Source: Psammoneis japonica (Eukaryota). From it: 64,000 bases of DNA. Of the stretch, positions 25,930 through 38,100 are shown in pieces; within the stretch, counting starts at the first letter, position 1, and every line of letters begins with the position of its first letter. The position numbers and the translations under genes are program-made. The stretch spans positions 326,608-390,607 of the forward strand of contig QPGO01000047.1 of NCBI GenBank assembly GCA_008632985.1. Direction: 5' to 3'. The notes below the pieces were generated by a model that saw only the letters and a program-made list of their open reading frames with translations, was not told the origin of the DNA and did no database searches.

Positions 25930-26760
25930 GATCTTTTGGCGAGCTCAGAGCTCAAGTGCAGGTTGACTTTTGGTGCCCACGCAGACATCCCTGCAATTCC
26001 AGCTCCTGATTGTGGCATCACGCCACTCAGCGGCTCTTTCGAAACATGCAGCAGGCAGTCTCAAGATTGTTGCAAGCACTTCAAGAGAAATGAGCATGGC
26101 ACAAGACAAGGACAATGTTCTTCCTGCAAGCAGTGTTTGATGCGAGCGTCATCATGAGTGTTCAACACCAGGTTCTGGGTGTTTTCTGCAGCAGGCCCTT
26201 TTTCTCACTTGTCATTTGTGTGCTGTTGGACATCGTGGGAGGATGTTTTTGAGAGATTGTCCAAGATTTTCTTCTTGACAGAAATTTTTCGTGTGTTGTG
26301 GTTGTCAGGAGAGGTGGCACTCAAGCCCAAAGTCACCATTGACCATCCGTGCAAAAAGGGTCACCTCAGTCCTTGCTTTCACGGTGAACACACCCTGAGG
26401 CATTGTCCTTCGGGCAAAGAATGGTGCATTGCCTGCAAGCTTTGTGAGGTGGCCTGTCCCACACAAGCCATTGCAATTGATGCTGAAGAGCATGAGGACG
26501 GAGCTTGTTGTGCAACGTGTTGTGACATTGACGCGACAAAATGCATCTGCTGTGGTTGTGCAAGTCATCACTTCTGATCAGCTTGATTTCTGTGTGATTG
26601 AATTGTTGATCTCACTTTTTAATCACAGTGCCAGGAAGCTTGACCAGTTGATGCGATTGTGCTGGAGGGACCCAACTTCAAATTTGCTGCTGAATTGAGG
26701 GACATCTGAGTGGACTGGTGGGGCAATGGGGTGCAAAAAAGTGACGGACAGATGCGTGCA
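25930..26760 (+). pseudogene. NDUFS8: Complex I TYKY subunit (NDUFS8/NuoI) pseudogene with intron
   Basis: KPKVTIDHPCKKGHLSPCFHGEHTLRHCPSGKEWCIACKLCEVACP...DIDATKCICCGC, then CQEA*PVDAIV..EGPNF after intron 26560-26628. Matches the family pattern [37 protein letters not shown] with Y->C/H and R->C/H/W changes. Confidence 0.95.
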
Positions 26761-28099
26761 TGCTGGGGGCACATGCAGACACCATGGAAGAGTGACTTTT
26801 GGCAACAATTTCCAAAATCTTTGGTCCTGTTCAAAGTTTTGTGTTGTGTGTGTGTTTTGTCAGCAGGGCTGTGCACTCTTCTTCATCAGTGTCTAAACCA
26901 AATGTCTGCAGAGGTGCGCACCATTGATGCACGTTGAATTGGTGATTTGGCACAGATTTTCAACGATCGCGCGTCAGTTGAGACCCAATCAGCACTCATC
27001 ATGTTGACACTCAAATGACAGCTCTTGTCATCTGCACTCAGATGAATGAATGTCCTGCACTCTAAAGAAAAGTTGCGCAGCGGTCTGGGGAGCTGGTCAA
27101 ATCTGACAGCAAAACTGCACGCCCGTCACTTGGAGAGAGTCAATTTTTGTGGAATTTTCAACACCAAAATGCGGCTCACATCTCCTCCTTGGCATCTGTC
27201 ATGATGGGACAAAGGCTTTGTTTGTCATGCAGTGGAGCACAAATGCAACAACTCCTGTTGACCACTTTTTGGAGCTTGTCCTTTGTTTTTTCAAAAAGAG
27301 CCTTGGAATCAAGAAGAGAAATTGCTGTTGACAATGATGCAAGTGTGTGGGCATTTTTGCTCATTTCTTGCCAATTGCAAGCATGTGCTTGCAACAATTG
27401 CTCAATTTGTCGTTGGTCTTGAAAGTTTCATTGTGAAAGAATGTGATTGAGTCACATTGCCATGGCATCAGAGACCGGCGTGCAAAATCCTTGTCGCCAT
27501 TGTCTCATCCACACAGTTCCACACAGTTTTAGCACCAGGCCTGCAGTGATGCATGCGTTTCATGCTTGCTGAAATTGGGCAAAACTTTGTCACTCATTTG
27601 GCGGTGACGTTTCTTCACAAGATTCAGCCCAACCAGCGCAACCAAGACACCACTGGAAAGCTGAGAAAGTCCTCTTTCGATCTGCTGCAATGAAAATGAC
27701 ATGATGACAGTTCTGTGCATGCACACTTCATTCACAAAAAATTCAGCCAAATGTGCATCAATGGCGCACACCTCTGCATGGGTCGAAATGTGTCAAGCCA
27801 AGTCATTCTTCCGAAGTCAGTGACAAAGAGGAAAGTCAACATTTTCTGTTCAAATGACACAACAGTTTTGTGCCAAGAAGTGTGTGATTAAATGTGAAAA
27901 TGTCAATGAAGTGACAATTGCACTTGAGTTGAATGGAGAAAATGCCGGGACAAAAAAATTTTGTCCTGCGGGTGCAGCGCGGAGAAAGCCAATTAGAAAA
28001 TGTCACCACAAAAATTTGGAAGTGGATGATTTTCTCTTTTTAGATGACACTCACTTGCCTCAATGCACAGAGTCACTGCTTCACACAACAAATCCTTTC

Positions 28100-28221
28100 T
28101 GAATTCAAGTCAATGTTTCTGATGACCATCACCTTGTGGAATGCCGGGTGTTTTTTCAACTGAATTCAAATCAATGTTTGTGATGACCACCACCTTGTGG
28201 AACACCGGGTGTTTTTTTAAC
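28100..28221. repeat. 61-bp tandem duplication
   Basis: tgaattcaa.tcaatgttt.tgatgacca.caccttgtggaa(tg/ca)ccgggtgtttttt occurs twice. Confidence 0.9.
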
Positions 28222-28394
28222 TTGCCCCACATTTTTAAATTGATGCTCCCTTCCTGAATTCAATGCAGTGTTTCAGCCACCCATCACCTTGTGCATTTCT
28301 GTGTGCCAATTGTTGGCTTTTTGGAGGAAATTGTTTCCTGCAATGACAACACAACAACAAGCAAGGCAATGGCAAAAGCAATGGCACTGCTTGC

Positions 28395-29790
28395 ATGATG
28401 GCTGCGACACTCAAGGAACAAAAAGGGGCTTTGTGACTGGCCAAAACAAAACAACAGCAGGGGAAATTGTGTTGATGTGTTTGCCATTGCCAGCTGGAGC
28501 TTGGTTGTTTCAGCTCATTGTGTCAAACCAACATGTTGAAAACAGCACAAGCAGCTTGATTGTGCTGGAAGCCACACTCATTCTGTCTCCAATGATGTTG
28601 GCTCAGATGGATTGTTTGCATCTGTGAGGACTCGTGACAGTGGTGCTCAATTTTCTCATTGCACCTTGGCTGTGGTTTGGGCAAGGTCTGGGTGCACCTG
28701 CATGAAGGAGAACAAAAAGCGGCAAACCACTGATCCATTGCCAGTGAGCAGCATGAAGAAGAGTTGTTTGCATTTTTTGACATGCTGTCAATTGAGCATC
28801 CTCTGCTTGACCTTTGTGGCAATTTTGGCTGTGGACTTTCCAGCTTTCCTTCAAAGATTTGCCAAAACAGAGGTTTCAGGATGTGGGCTGATGGATCTGG
28901 ATGCTGGTTTGTTCATGGTGGCTGCCGGCATTGTGTGGGCTTGAGCAAGAAAAAGTGACAAGCAACCAAGCATGGAAATGATTGGAAAAATGCTGCCTCT
29001 TGTGGTCATGGGAAGCACGCGTCTTGTGACAAACATGGCAGTGGAATGCCAGGAGCACACATCCAAGTGTGGCATTCACTGGAATTTCTTCTTCTCTGTT
29101 GTGGCAATGGCACCCCTGGGATCAATGCTGAGTTTGCCAAAGAAGTGGCAGTCTTGCAATTGGGTTCTTGCCTTGGTGACAATGACAATGTGTCAAGTGT
29201 TGCTTTCAAAGTTTGGGCTGTGAGACCACATCATGAGGCACCAAGATCCTGTGTCAAGCCAAATGAAACTGACGTGCTTTGCAGCTTGTTTGCGGCCAAT
29301 CAAGAAGGCATTCTGGGGTGCGTGGGTCACATTGGTGTCTGCATTTTCAGCAAAGATCTGGCTCACTTTTGCTTGTGGGGTGGCCACAGCAAGTCACAAG
29401 GCACTGGGCTTGCGGCATGCTTGGCAGGATTGTGGTTCCTTCACTGCACACTCACGCACATGCTTGACGTCTCTGCATCCCAAAGAATGGCCAATGTCAG
29501 CTGCTGCATGTGGGCCACTGTGAAAACAGCGACAAACAAAACAATGCCGCCCATCTTTGACTCTGTCAACAAGAGCGGGTTGCTGATTTTTGTTGTTGCC
29601 AATCTCTTGATGGGTCTTGTCAATCTCTCTGTCAACATGTTGGAGGCAAGTGATGTCAAGGTGATTTGCATTGTTGTTGCACACCTTGGTGCAGTTGGGG
29701 GATTTGCTCTGTTGGCAGATGGCATCCTTTTGCCTTTTCTGCAGGCCAGCTTTGAACAAAGTCTGCACATCATGAAAAGAAAAAGGTCAA
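28395..29790 (+). pseudogene. PIGW: GPI inositol acyltransferase (PIG-W/GWT1) pseudogene
   Basis: AILAVDFPAFLQRFAKTEVSGCGLMDL, ECQEHTSKCGIHWNFFF (cf. EYQEHxxEYGxHWNFFF), ANQEGILG, SQRMAN, NKSGLLIFVVANLLMGLVN. Stops and frameshifts present. Confidence 0.93.
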
Positions 29791-30149
29791 ATGATGTGAA
29801 TTGGTTTTTGTCATCTCCACACGGAATGCGTGCAACTTGCTTCACTGGAGTTCTTGGACAACATTTGCATGGAAACAAAATTGGCAAGCACAAAGCAAAA
29901 TTGAAAAAAACCAAAGTCCTGAATGGACCCTTCTGACAGACAAGAACTCTCTGCTGAGTCAATGCCACGCCTCTCTTCCACAAGAAAAGCCAAACACCTG
30001 GACTGGAATTGGCTCCCAAGAATTGCCGAGGCATCTCAGGTGCGCAAAGGCATCCATCCCATGGCCTTCAAGAAAAGCAATGAAGAGAAATTGATTGGTT
30101 TTTAAATTGGCGCAAGAATGCTTGCAAACAGAACAGACCACAGAGCAGT

Positions 30150-31550
30150 GTGCACAACAAACAAGAACAGCAGGAATGTCAGATTTGCCATCCATGATCA
30201 TCATGCTCAGGTCACCACCAAAGTGTTGAGTGCAACTCCTTGCAGTGGGCAACCCAAAACCCAAACCTGCCAAAGGAGTGTCAGTGGATTGATCTTGAGA
30301 ACCACCAATCATGTTCTGTTGCACCTTTGCATCTGCTGTTGTAAAGAGACACTTTAAGACTCGTTTGGCTTGTGATCAAGGCATTCCACCATCCTCATTG
30401 GATGCCTTGGTGACAGTGTCTTCATTCTCTGTGTTGTTGGCAATCACAATTGTTGTGGGTGGAAGCTCATCAAGAGTGTTGCTGTGTGTGACCATGGTGG
30501 CCTTCATGGCATTCTCAACAAGCTCCAGCAAAACACAGTGCAAATTTGTTGGAATCCACACACAAAGGTCAAGTCAAGTCTCCCTGCAATGTCAACATCA
30601 AGCGGGGCTTTGCCACATTGTTTCTTGCAAATCATGGTTGCACCACTGGCAGCAATTCACACAATTTCTTTTGGCGAAGTTTTTGGACAAACAGCACCAA
30701 TGCAGTCTGGAATGGGCTCATGTTGCAGTGCCAAATGCTGCCCAGCCAAGACCCGAGTGCCAATCTGACTCGTGTGGAACCAATCCTGAAAGGAGTGCAT
30801 CTCTTGCATCAGATCAAGCTCAAAGATTCTGTCTTCACCACACTTGCCCACCAATTCTCCCTTTGCAACAGCTGCTTGCAATTCAAAAGTGCCCCCAGCC
30901 ATTTCTGCAAGTGCCCTGGAATGTTTTTCATGCAAGGCCTCTGGGTGATTGGCAAAATGAGCTTCATCCTGGACTCACTGAATTTCAGGCCAATGGCTCA
31001 GCTTGTTGAAGGAGTCTGTGTAAATCTGCTTGACTGCCTGAACTGCTGGCATGTTGCTTGTCATGGGGGGCTGGTCTAAATCAGGAATCCCACAAGCAAA
31101 TCAAACTGGATTTTTTTTCTCACAAAGCTTGCCACCAGTGCAATCTTTTTGAAACTGTGCAAAGAAAAGTTGCGGCGCTGCTTCAGCATCACAAAATGAG
31201 TGCATGGCCATCTGCTCTTGTGCAAGCAGTTGTTGCAAAATGGCCAAGTCTTGCTTCAATGTTGCCAATCCTTGGTTTGTCCATCTTTGCCATCCTTTTC
31301 ATCCCAGCTAAAATCTCCTTTTTCTCCCTTCTTCTTTGACTGCAAGCATCTTTTCCATTGAGATGCCATCCTTGCAACTGAGGCTCCAATGTCATCATCA
31401 ACGTGATGATGGTTGTTGGCTGGGTGTTGCTTTGGCAGGAATTCTGTGTTGGGCGTTACAACGGAATCAGATTTCCCGCCAAAATTGAAACTCAAAACTT
31501 TGGATTTTGACAAAACAACATTTTTGGTGATGCGTTCCTCAGTTGCTGAA
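30150..31550 (-). pseudogene. PDK: Mitochondrial pyruvate / branched-chain ketoacid dehydrogenase kinase pseudogene
   Basis: FQDWFHTSQIGTRVLAGQHLAL (cf. FLDRFYxSRIGIRxLxxQ), IPTNLHCVLLELVENAMKAT (N box), SNEDGGMP, PLAGLGFGLPTARSCTQHFGGDL. N-terminal boundary uncertain. Confidence 0.9.
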
Positions 31551-32099
31551 GCACAGCAACAGATTGTGATGAAGTCAATGACTGAACACAGTCAAGGATT
31601 TTGAAATGGTGGCTGTCAGTCTTTAGACACATTTTGAACAGAAAAAAATGTTGCACCCTGCAATGCAGAACACAGTTGAATCTCTTTCTTTGGGATGCAA
31701 AGTGTGTTTTGAATGAAATGTTGGCTGGTGAGTGTGGCTGGTGCGCTGGCACAAGCACACAAGACCCAGCATCATGCTTCACACACCACACAAAAACAAA
31801 GAAGTGCTCATCATTTTGACAAGAGACAAGAGAGGGAGAACAATGACAATGGAAGCAATGTTGCTGGTTGAGATGGAGAGGCAAAGGCTCTGGACTTGAC
31901 AGGCAAGTAAAGACTGGCTGCAGTGCTGAAGAGTGAGCTTCATCTCACATTTTTCTTGCTTGCAACGACAGCAGATTGTGAGCAAAATCCACTCTTTCTT
32001 GCTGCAAAGGCACGCACTGTGCACATCCTCAGTGGCACATTCAATGCTTTTGCTCCTGACTTCTTGGCTCATCCCTTCATTTCTCTTTTCATTTGCTCA

Positions 32100-34830
32100 G
32101 GTTTCAGATCTGTTGCCACTTGCAGCATGCTGTGTTTTCAGAAGAAGGTCGTTGCATCAAGGACATCACAGGCTTGACTTTGGAAGATTTTTTGAAGCTG
32201 TTGGAAGAGAGCAAGGAAGAAGCCACGCAGGAGGCAGTGGGCAAGTTGGCTCAAAATGCTGTTTCAGGGTGCTGGAATCAATTTGGCACTGCATGGCCAA
32301 AGTGCAAGGAATGCATTGGATGCACCACCAAGAAGTCAAGGCTGCATGGCTCCGCTGTTCAGGGACTCTTGTGATGGGAGGGGCAGCAAGTGATGTTCTT
32401 GATGTGCCAAATTGTTTGCCCTTTCCTGTTGCTGACAAATGATGCTTCATTGTTCTTTGTTTAAATGGGCACGGGCAAAGGAATCCAGACTGGCACTGCA
32501 GTTCACAAAAGTTGGCCAATGCTTTGACATGGGAAGCCGGGTTGCTGCTTGCAAGAGTGTGGCTGTGGTCAAGCTGCCATGTCATTTGGCCTTCAGTGGA
32601 AACACAGCTTAAAAATTGGTTCAGATGCAAGCAAAACAAAATGAACAATGGCAATTTATGCGCAAAACATGATGTGGTTAGAAATTGCAGTTGTGGCTCC
32701 CTTTTAACACCAACAAGACAGCATTCAATCTGGGAGAACTGTTGCACTTTAACTGACAGTCAACTGCTTTTCGAGTGGCACTCCTGCTTTGACAGTGGGG
32801 AGCTGAGCAACTTCCTAGATTTGCCACAGTTTGCTCAGTTTGCATGTGAAATTTTGTCTGGCCCTGCTTTCCATTCATGTGTGACATGCTTCTGGGCATG
32901 TGAAAAATCCTGCTTTGCATTTTCCAGAGAGGAGGCCTGACCCAAATGACTGAGGTCCCAGATGCATTGTCGATTCCGGGTCCATGGGGCCTGTCTTGCT
33001 GGCGAACATTTGGATCATTTGTGTTGGCAGCTTCATCTGCACACATGGAATGACAGTGGGCCTTCTTGGCCTCATTGGAGACTTGACAGCATTGATGCTA
33101 AAATGGGACAAAGGCTGATGGGGCAGCCCCGCCTTTCAGTCTCTGGGACAAGTGAGCCACCCTGTCATTTCCGGCATTTTGGGTGCCCTCCCTCAGCTGC
33201 ACTCACTGGTGTTGCATTGGCGGTGGTGTTTTGCACCCTTTGCTCCTTTGTTGGGTGTTTGCAATGTGCTTGTGTGGGGCCAACTGGCTCAGATCTCTCT
33301 CATGTCTCTGGGTGCAGTTTGGGAACTCTTCAGGTGTGCTGCGGGGGTGTGCGCGGATGCACTCCAGCCCTGGGTGGGACTCCGTGAGACATTGGGCCCG
33401 CAGAATTCTACGCGCAAGCTCTGCAGTGTGAGAATTTAATCAATGGATGCACCTGTCTTCAACATCAAATGAACCGCCAAGTTTGTGGTGCAATTGTGCT
33501 GTGCCTCTTGCAACTCAATGTTTTTGCAAATGCGCCTGCCCCACACGATTCTTAAGACATTGTAGAATCGCACTGTGACAAAATGTGTCAAAAGTTGTTG
33601 GATGGATTGCTCAACAAGTGCACCGTGTAAAATGACACAAAATGTCACCAAAATCACGCAGAATTCCACATGCGTGGCATGCAACGAGATTCAAAAAACT
33701 GTCAATGTCACAGTTCAGCAGTGCAAGGTCCCACCTGGACCTGGAACTTGTTTGCATCAGTTGCCACCTCTGCCAGATCTGCTTTTGGATGCTGCTCCAG
33801 GGATTGAGGTGTTGCACCAGATTTTTCTTTCCTTGTGGTGGCACTGGGATGGGGGGTCCTTGCCATTGTTCTGATGGCAGCCAACCAAGGAACAGCAGTT
33901 GGGGGCACATGATGGAGCACTTGTCTTTGTCAAAGGCACATTGCCACGAAACTCCAGACAACAATGCATTCATGCCCCCCCAAAAAATTGGCCACATGGC
34001 TGAAAAACTTCAGAAAGTTTGCAACCATTGATGCACTCAGCCAGGTGAGGTGATCAGCCTTGCTGATTGCTTTTGGGTCCCCAAGGCAGCGCGTTTTGAA
34101 CCACAAGACAGCAAACTGTTGGAGGCAGTGGAGGACATTGGTGTGGTGTGCAATGGCACCTCCTCTGGGCCAAATGGGCCCTGTGGGCCCCTTCCTTCTT
34201 TTTGCCCACTGCTTCCTCCATGCTTGGGTGTGTGACAGAATCCACATTTTCTGTCAACCTTGATTTGGGCAATGTGGTTTTAAACTTCTTCATGAACCCT
34301 AAAATTTGGCCTTGCGCAGGGGCTCATCTCAAGGTGGCAGGTCAGGAGCACTTGACTGGGCTGTTCATGGGAATGAGACCAAGTCCTTGCCTTGCCATCC
34401 AGGTGTGTCACTGGGCTGACAAAGCAGCCCACGGGATCCTCTTCGGAAGTCAAACCCCATGGGGTTTGTTTCGAAGCCCCAGGCAATGAAGTGTAACTCT
34501 CACACAAGAGCCACAGTGGGAGATGTCAAAACCTTTGCTGATTGTCTTTGGCATTGGGGTTCAGAGCAAGGAGAACGCATGGCAAGCAGCACATCAAATG
34601 GCTGCTGGTCTGCAGCATTTTGGTTCACAGAATGCCCCGTGCAAGCTCAGCCCTCCATCCCAATGTGAGACAGGAGCTTGGGTGGGCGGCATCTTCAGGG
34701 TCACAGACAAGAAGGTAGTTCAGACAATTGCACAGGCCAAGTGGGACAAGGGAAAGAGAATGGCTTCTGAGCTGCTCTCGAAGCACAAAAACCAACCGGA
34801 AGGGTTCCTGCCCTCATTCAACTTCTATGA
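32100..34830 (+). mobile_element. DIRS/Ngaro-like retrotransposon RT remnant, hypermutated, interrupted by MITE copy C
   Basis: WWHWDGGSLPLF, DCFWVPK..DIGVVCNGTSSG, LWAPSFFLPT, NLDLGNVVLNF, LFMGMRPSPC, GDVKTFAD, LQHFGSQNAPCK..GAWVGGIF..KWDKGK. Family assignment is from recalled motifs; left boundary uncertain. Confidence 0.75.
33356..33752. mobile_element. MITE copy C, heavily mutated
   Basis: Colinear with 59799-60188. Eroded TIRs gatgcactccag / ctggaacttgtt. Flanks cgcg and tgca are compatible with an eroded 4-bp TSD. Confidence 0.9.
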
Positions 34831-35174
34831 GACTCCTAAGTGCTCTAGCATCGAGTTACTTCTTAGTGGTTCTTGGATAGATTTGTTGTGGTCCTTTCTT
34901 GGAGGTTTAGTTTTCGGCAGCCCAAGCGAATCCTGATGACAGCGGGAGCGGGGTAACACATCGTCTGCATACGACAAGCACACCGTCCGTCTTACATCCG
35001 CGAGAGTCTATGGGGCGACCCGGGGTGTGTGGTGTGCGAAGTGCGAAGCGCGATGGAGAGAGTCCAAAGACGCCCCACAAGTCACACCTCCCGAAAAGAG
35101 ATGATGACTGACTGCTCTCTACTAGAGTAGAACTAATTGTCACGCTGTGCCACGGGCTTCTCTTTGTTAATCAT

Positions 35175-38100
35175 TTATACTGGACCTTCGACAAAAACAA
35201 AATTCTGGAAATCAATTTCGCCATTGGTGGAGCTCAACAGGGCAATCACAGAGGATGCCTGGACAGCTGGCGACAAATCTATTCTCTCTGCTACAACGTC
35301 ATTAGCGTTGCTGCCCTGTGCATTCTGCCCAAGCCGTGGCATTGCTGTTTGCGTGCCCACGAGTTGGTTGTTTGCATTAAAGAATTGAAAATCGATTTGA
35401 TCCACGTCAAAGTCTTCTCCAAAATAATTCCAAAAGTATGCCGCTTCGAGATTGTACTCTATCCCGTCAAAGTCAAAAATGAGTTCCAAAGGACCTGGAT
35501 ACCACCAAACATGGCTCTGTAGGTTGTGCTGTTCACCTTCGTCCAAACCAAGACAGTCAACGACATTGGCGAGGGATTGCTGCGTAGGAACATTTACAAA
35601 ACTGCCGCTCGGATTCGAATTCGGTCCAACGGATACCGTGACTGGAATATTGTCACTGCATAACTGTAGGTTAGGAGCTGGCGATGGAACTGCCGATGGA
35701 ACTGCCGATGGAACTGCCGATGGGGACAAGGAGGTCATCAGGCATGGACTAATCCAATCCTCACTGGAATCGATTTCTTCGGTGACAATCTCCATGCCAA
35801 CAGAAGCCGCTTTCGTAATGAACCGGTTGTAAGACAGCTCGACGTCTTCAATGCCCAGGCTTCCAGAGTCGTCGACGAATAGAGCAACTTTCGTAATACC
35901 CATCTGACGCTGGACATCCAGTTCGCAAATACCAAACCAATCTGAAGATGGAGGATCTCCCTCATCCAGATAAACCGGTTCATACTTGTTAAGCAATGGG
36001 TCACTTGTAAAATTAGCTGGACGGAAGAGATCATCTTCATCATAAGGGTCACGGTCAGGTAGAATAGGTTGTAAAAGACAGAATGGACGGCCGGGAAAAG
36101 CAGCCCTCAGATCATCCCATAACGTCGTGACTCTTTCGTTGGAAAGACTTGATTCATTAATGACGGACACACAAGTCACGAGACGATCTTGTTCTTTAGT
36201 AGGACGTGATGGAGCAAGGCTTACAGAGGGGGCTGGGCTTGCGGAGGGGGCTGGTGACGTCGGTGTTGGAAAAGGTGTCGGTGATGGCGAAGGAGCTGGA
36301 GACGTCGTAGGAGTGGGAGTTGGACTCGGGGTTGGAGCAGGTGTTGGTGACGGCGTCGTAGGAGTGGGGGTAGGAACAGGTGTCGGCGACGGCGAAGGAG
36401 CTGGAGTATTCGTTGGAGCGGGGGTTGGACTCGTGGTTGGAGAAGGTGTCGGCGTAGGAGCTGGAGTTGTAGGAGCTAAAGTCGGACTCGTGGTTGGAGC
36501 GGGTGTGATTGCTTCCGTGGGGATTGGAGTTGGCAACCTCGTGGGAGCAGGTGTGGTTGCTTCCGTCGGAGCTGGAGTCGTCGCAATCGTAGGAGCAGGT
36601 GTGGTTGCCACCGTGGGAGCTGGAGTCGTCGCAACCGTAGGAGCTGGAGTCGTTGCAATCGTAGGAGCAGGCGTGGTTGCTTCCGTGGGAGCTGGAGTCG
36701 TCGCAACCGTAGGAGCTGGTGTGGTTGCTTCCGTCGGAGCTGGAGTCGTCGCAATCGTAGGAGCAGGTGTGGTTGCCACCGTCGGAACTGGAGTCGTTGC
36801 AATCGTAGGAGCAGGTGTGGTTGCCACCGTGGGAGCTGGAGTCGTTGCAATCGTAGGAGCAGGTGTGGTTGCTTCAGTGGGAGCTGGAGTCGTTGCAATC
36901 GTAGGAGCGGGTGTGGTTCCTGCCGTGGGAGCTGGAGTCGTCGCAACCGTCGGAGCTGGAGTCGTCGCAATCGTAGGAGCAGGCGTGGTTGCTTCCGTGG
37001 GAGCTGGAGTCGTCGCAACCGTAGGAGCTGGTGTGGTTGCTTCCGTTGGAGCTGGAGTCGTCGCAATCGTAGGGGTGGGTGTGGTCCCTGCCGTCGGAGC
37101 TGGAGTCGTCGCAATCGTAGGAGCTGGTGTGGTTCCTGCCGTCGGAGCTGGAGTCGTTCCGGTTGTTGGCGATGGGGTGCTTGCAACAGAGGGAGCTGGT
37201 GTCAAGGCACTGGGGAAGGGAGTAAAAAATCGACTCGGAGCAGGGGTAGATATTGGAGTGGGCACCACAGGAGCGGGTACCAAATCTTCAACAATGACGT
37301 TGGGATCAACATTCTCGACCACACCCCTTTCTCGCAATATCTCAATTGTATTTTCGAATTCGACCTGAAACTCGACTTCACCAGGCGCTCGGAGTTCAGC
37401 ATCAATCGGACAGAAACAAGTGTCATTAAGGTTTGACTGAAGAAATCTTGTCCTTTCCATCCACGGTAGTGAATCTTGGAGTAGCCGCCGACCGCTAACA
37501 TCATCAAAAAGGTTGGACCGGGAGGAACATCCTCTACATTTGCCTGTGCTTCTGTAAAGAAACGAGAATACACGTCGTCCTCCTGCAGGGGAGAATGAAG
37601 GCGCAGTTGTTGGTCGATGGGTTGGTGGAGGGGTGGGTGGCGGAGTTGGCGGAAGGGTTGGTGGCGGGGTTGGCGCACGAGTAGGGACAGGGCCACCTAC
37701 GGCAGGAGGTAGTGTAGGAGGTAGAGTTGGAGGTAGTGTGGGAGGTAGTGTTGGAGTTGTTGTAGGAGAAAGCGTATCCCTGGGGTTCGGATCGATCTCA
37801 ACAGTTTCAAGCACCCTGAAAAGAAGGTCACAAATCCTCCCATTCAAAGCATTGAGCTCGTTGTACGTTTCACGGTAGCCATCCTGCAAAGCCACAATTT
37901 CACCTTGAGAAATTGCACTTGGATCACCCGTATGAGTAACTGAAACAACGGATTCAAACAAGGTTTCAGGGCCACAATCAAGAGGCGCCAACTCGTACAC
38001 GGCATCGGCCGAGTCCACATTGTTGAGGATACCGACCGTCCCTAATCCTCCAATAACAGTGTTGAACGTCTCGAGAAAGTCTTCAGCAAACGGAGCCTCG

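Noticed and set aside
25930..26760. Mitochondrial insertion (NUMT) or bacterial nuoI
   Set aside because: It has a spliceosomal-type intron and an N-terminal extension, consistent with a nuclear gene copy.
23900..34800. Many overlapping Cys/His/Trp-rich ORFs in all six frames (also at 10.7-12.9 kb and 39.3-46 kb)
   Set aside because: Artefact of TpA loss, which removes TAA/TAG stops and enriches TG/CA codons. Not evidence of novel Cys-rich genes.
17830..34830. Classical fungal RIP as the cause
   Set aside because: RIP creates TpA and stop codons. Here TpA is lost and conserved Tyr becomes Cys or His, the opposite direction.
36127..37368. 413-aa GAGVV-repeat ORF on the plus strand
   Set aside because: Antisense shadow of the mucin repeat.
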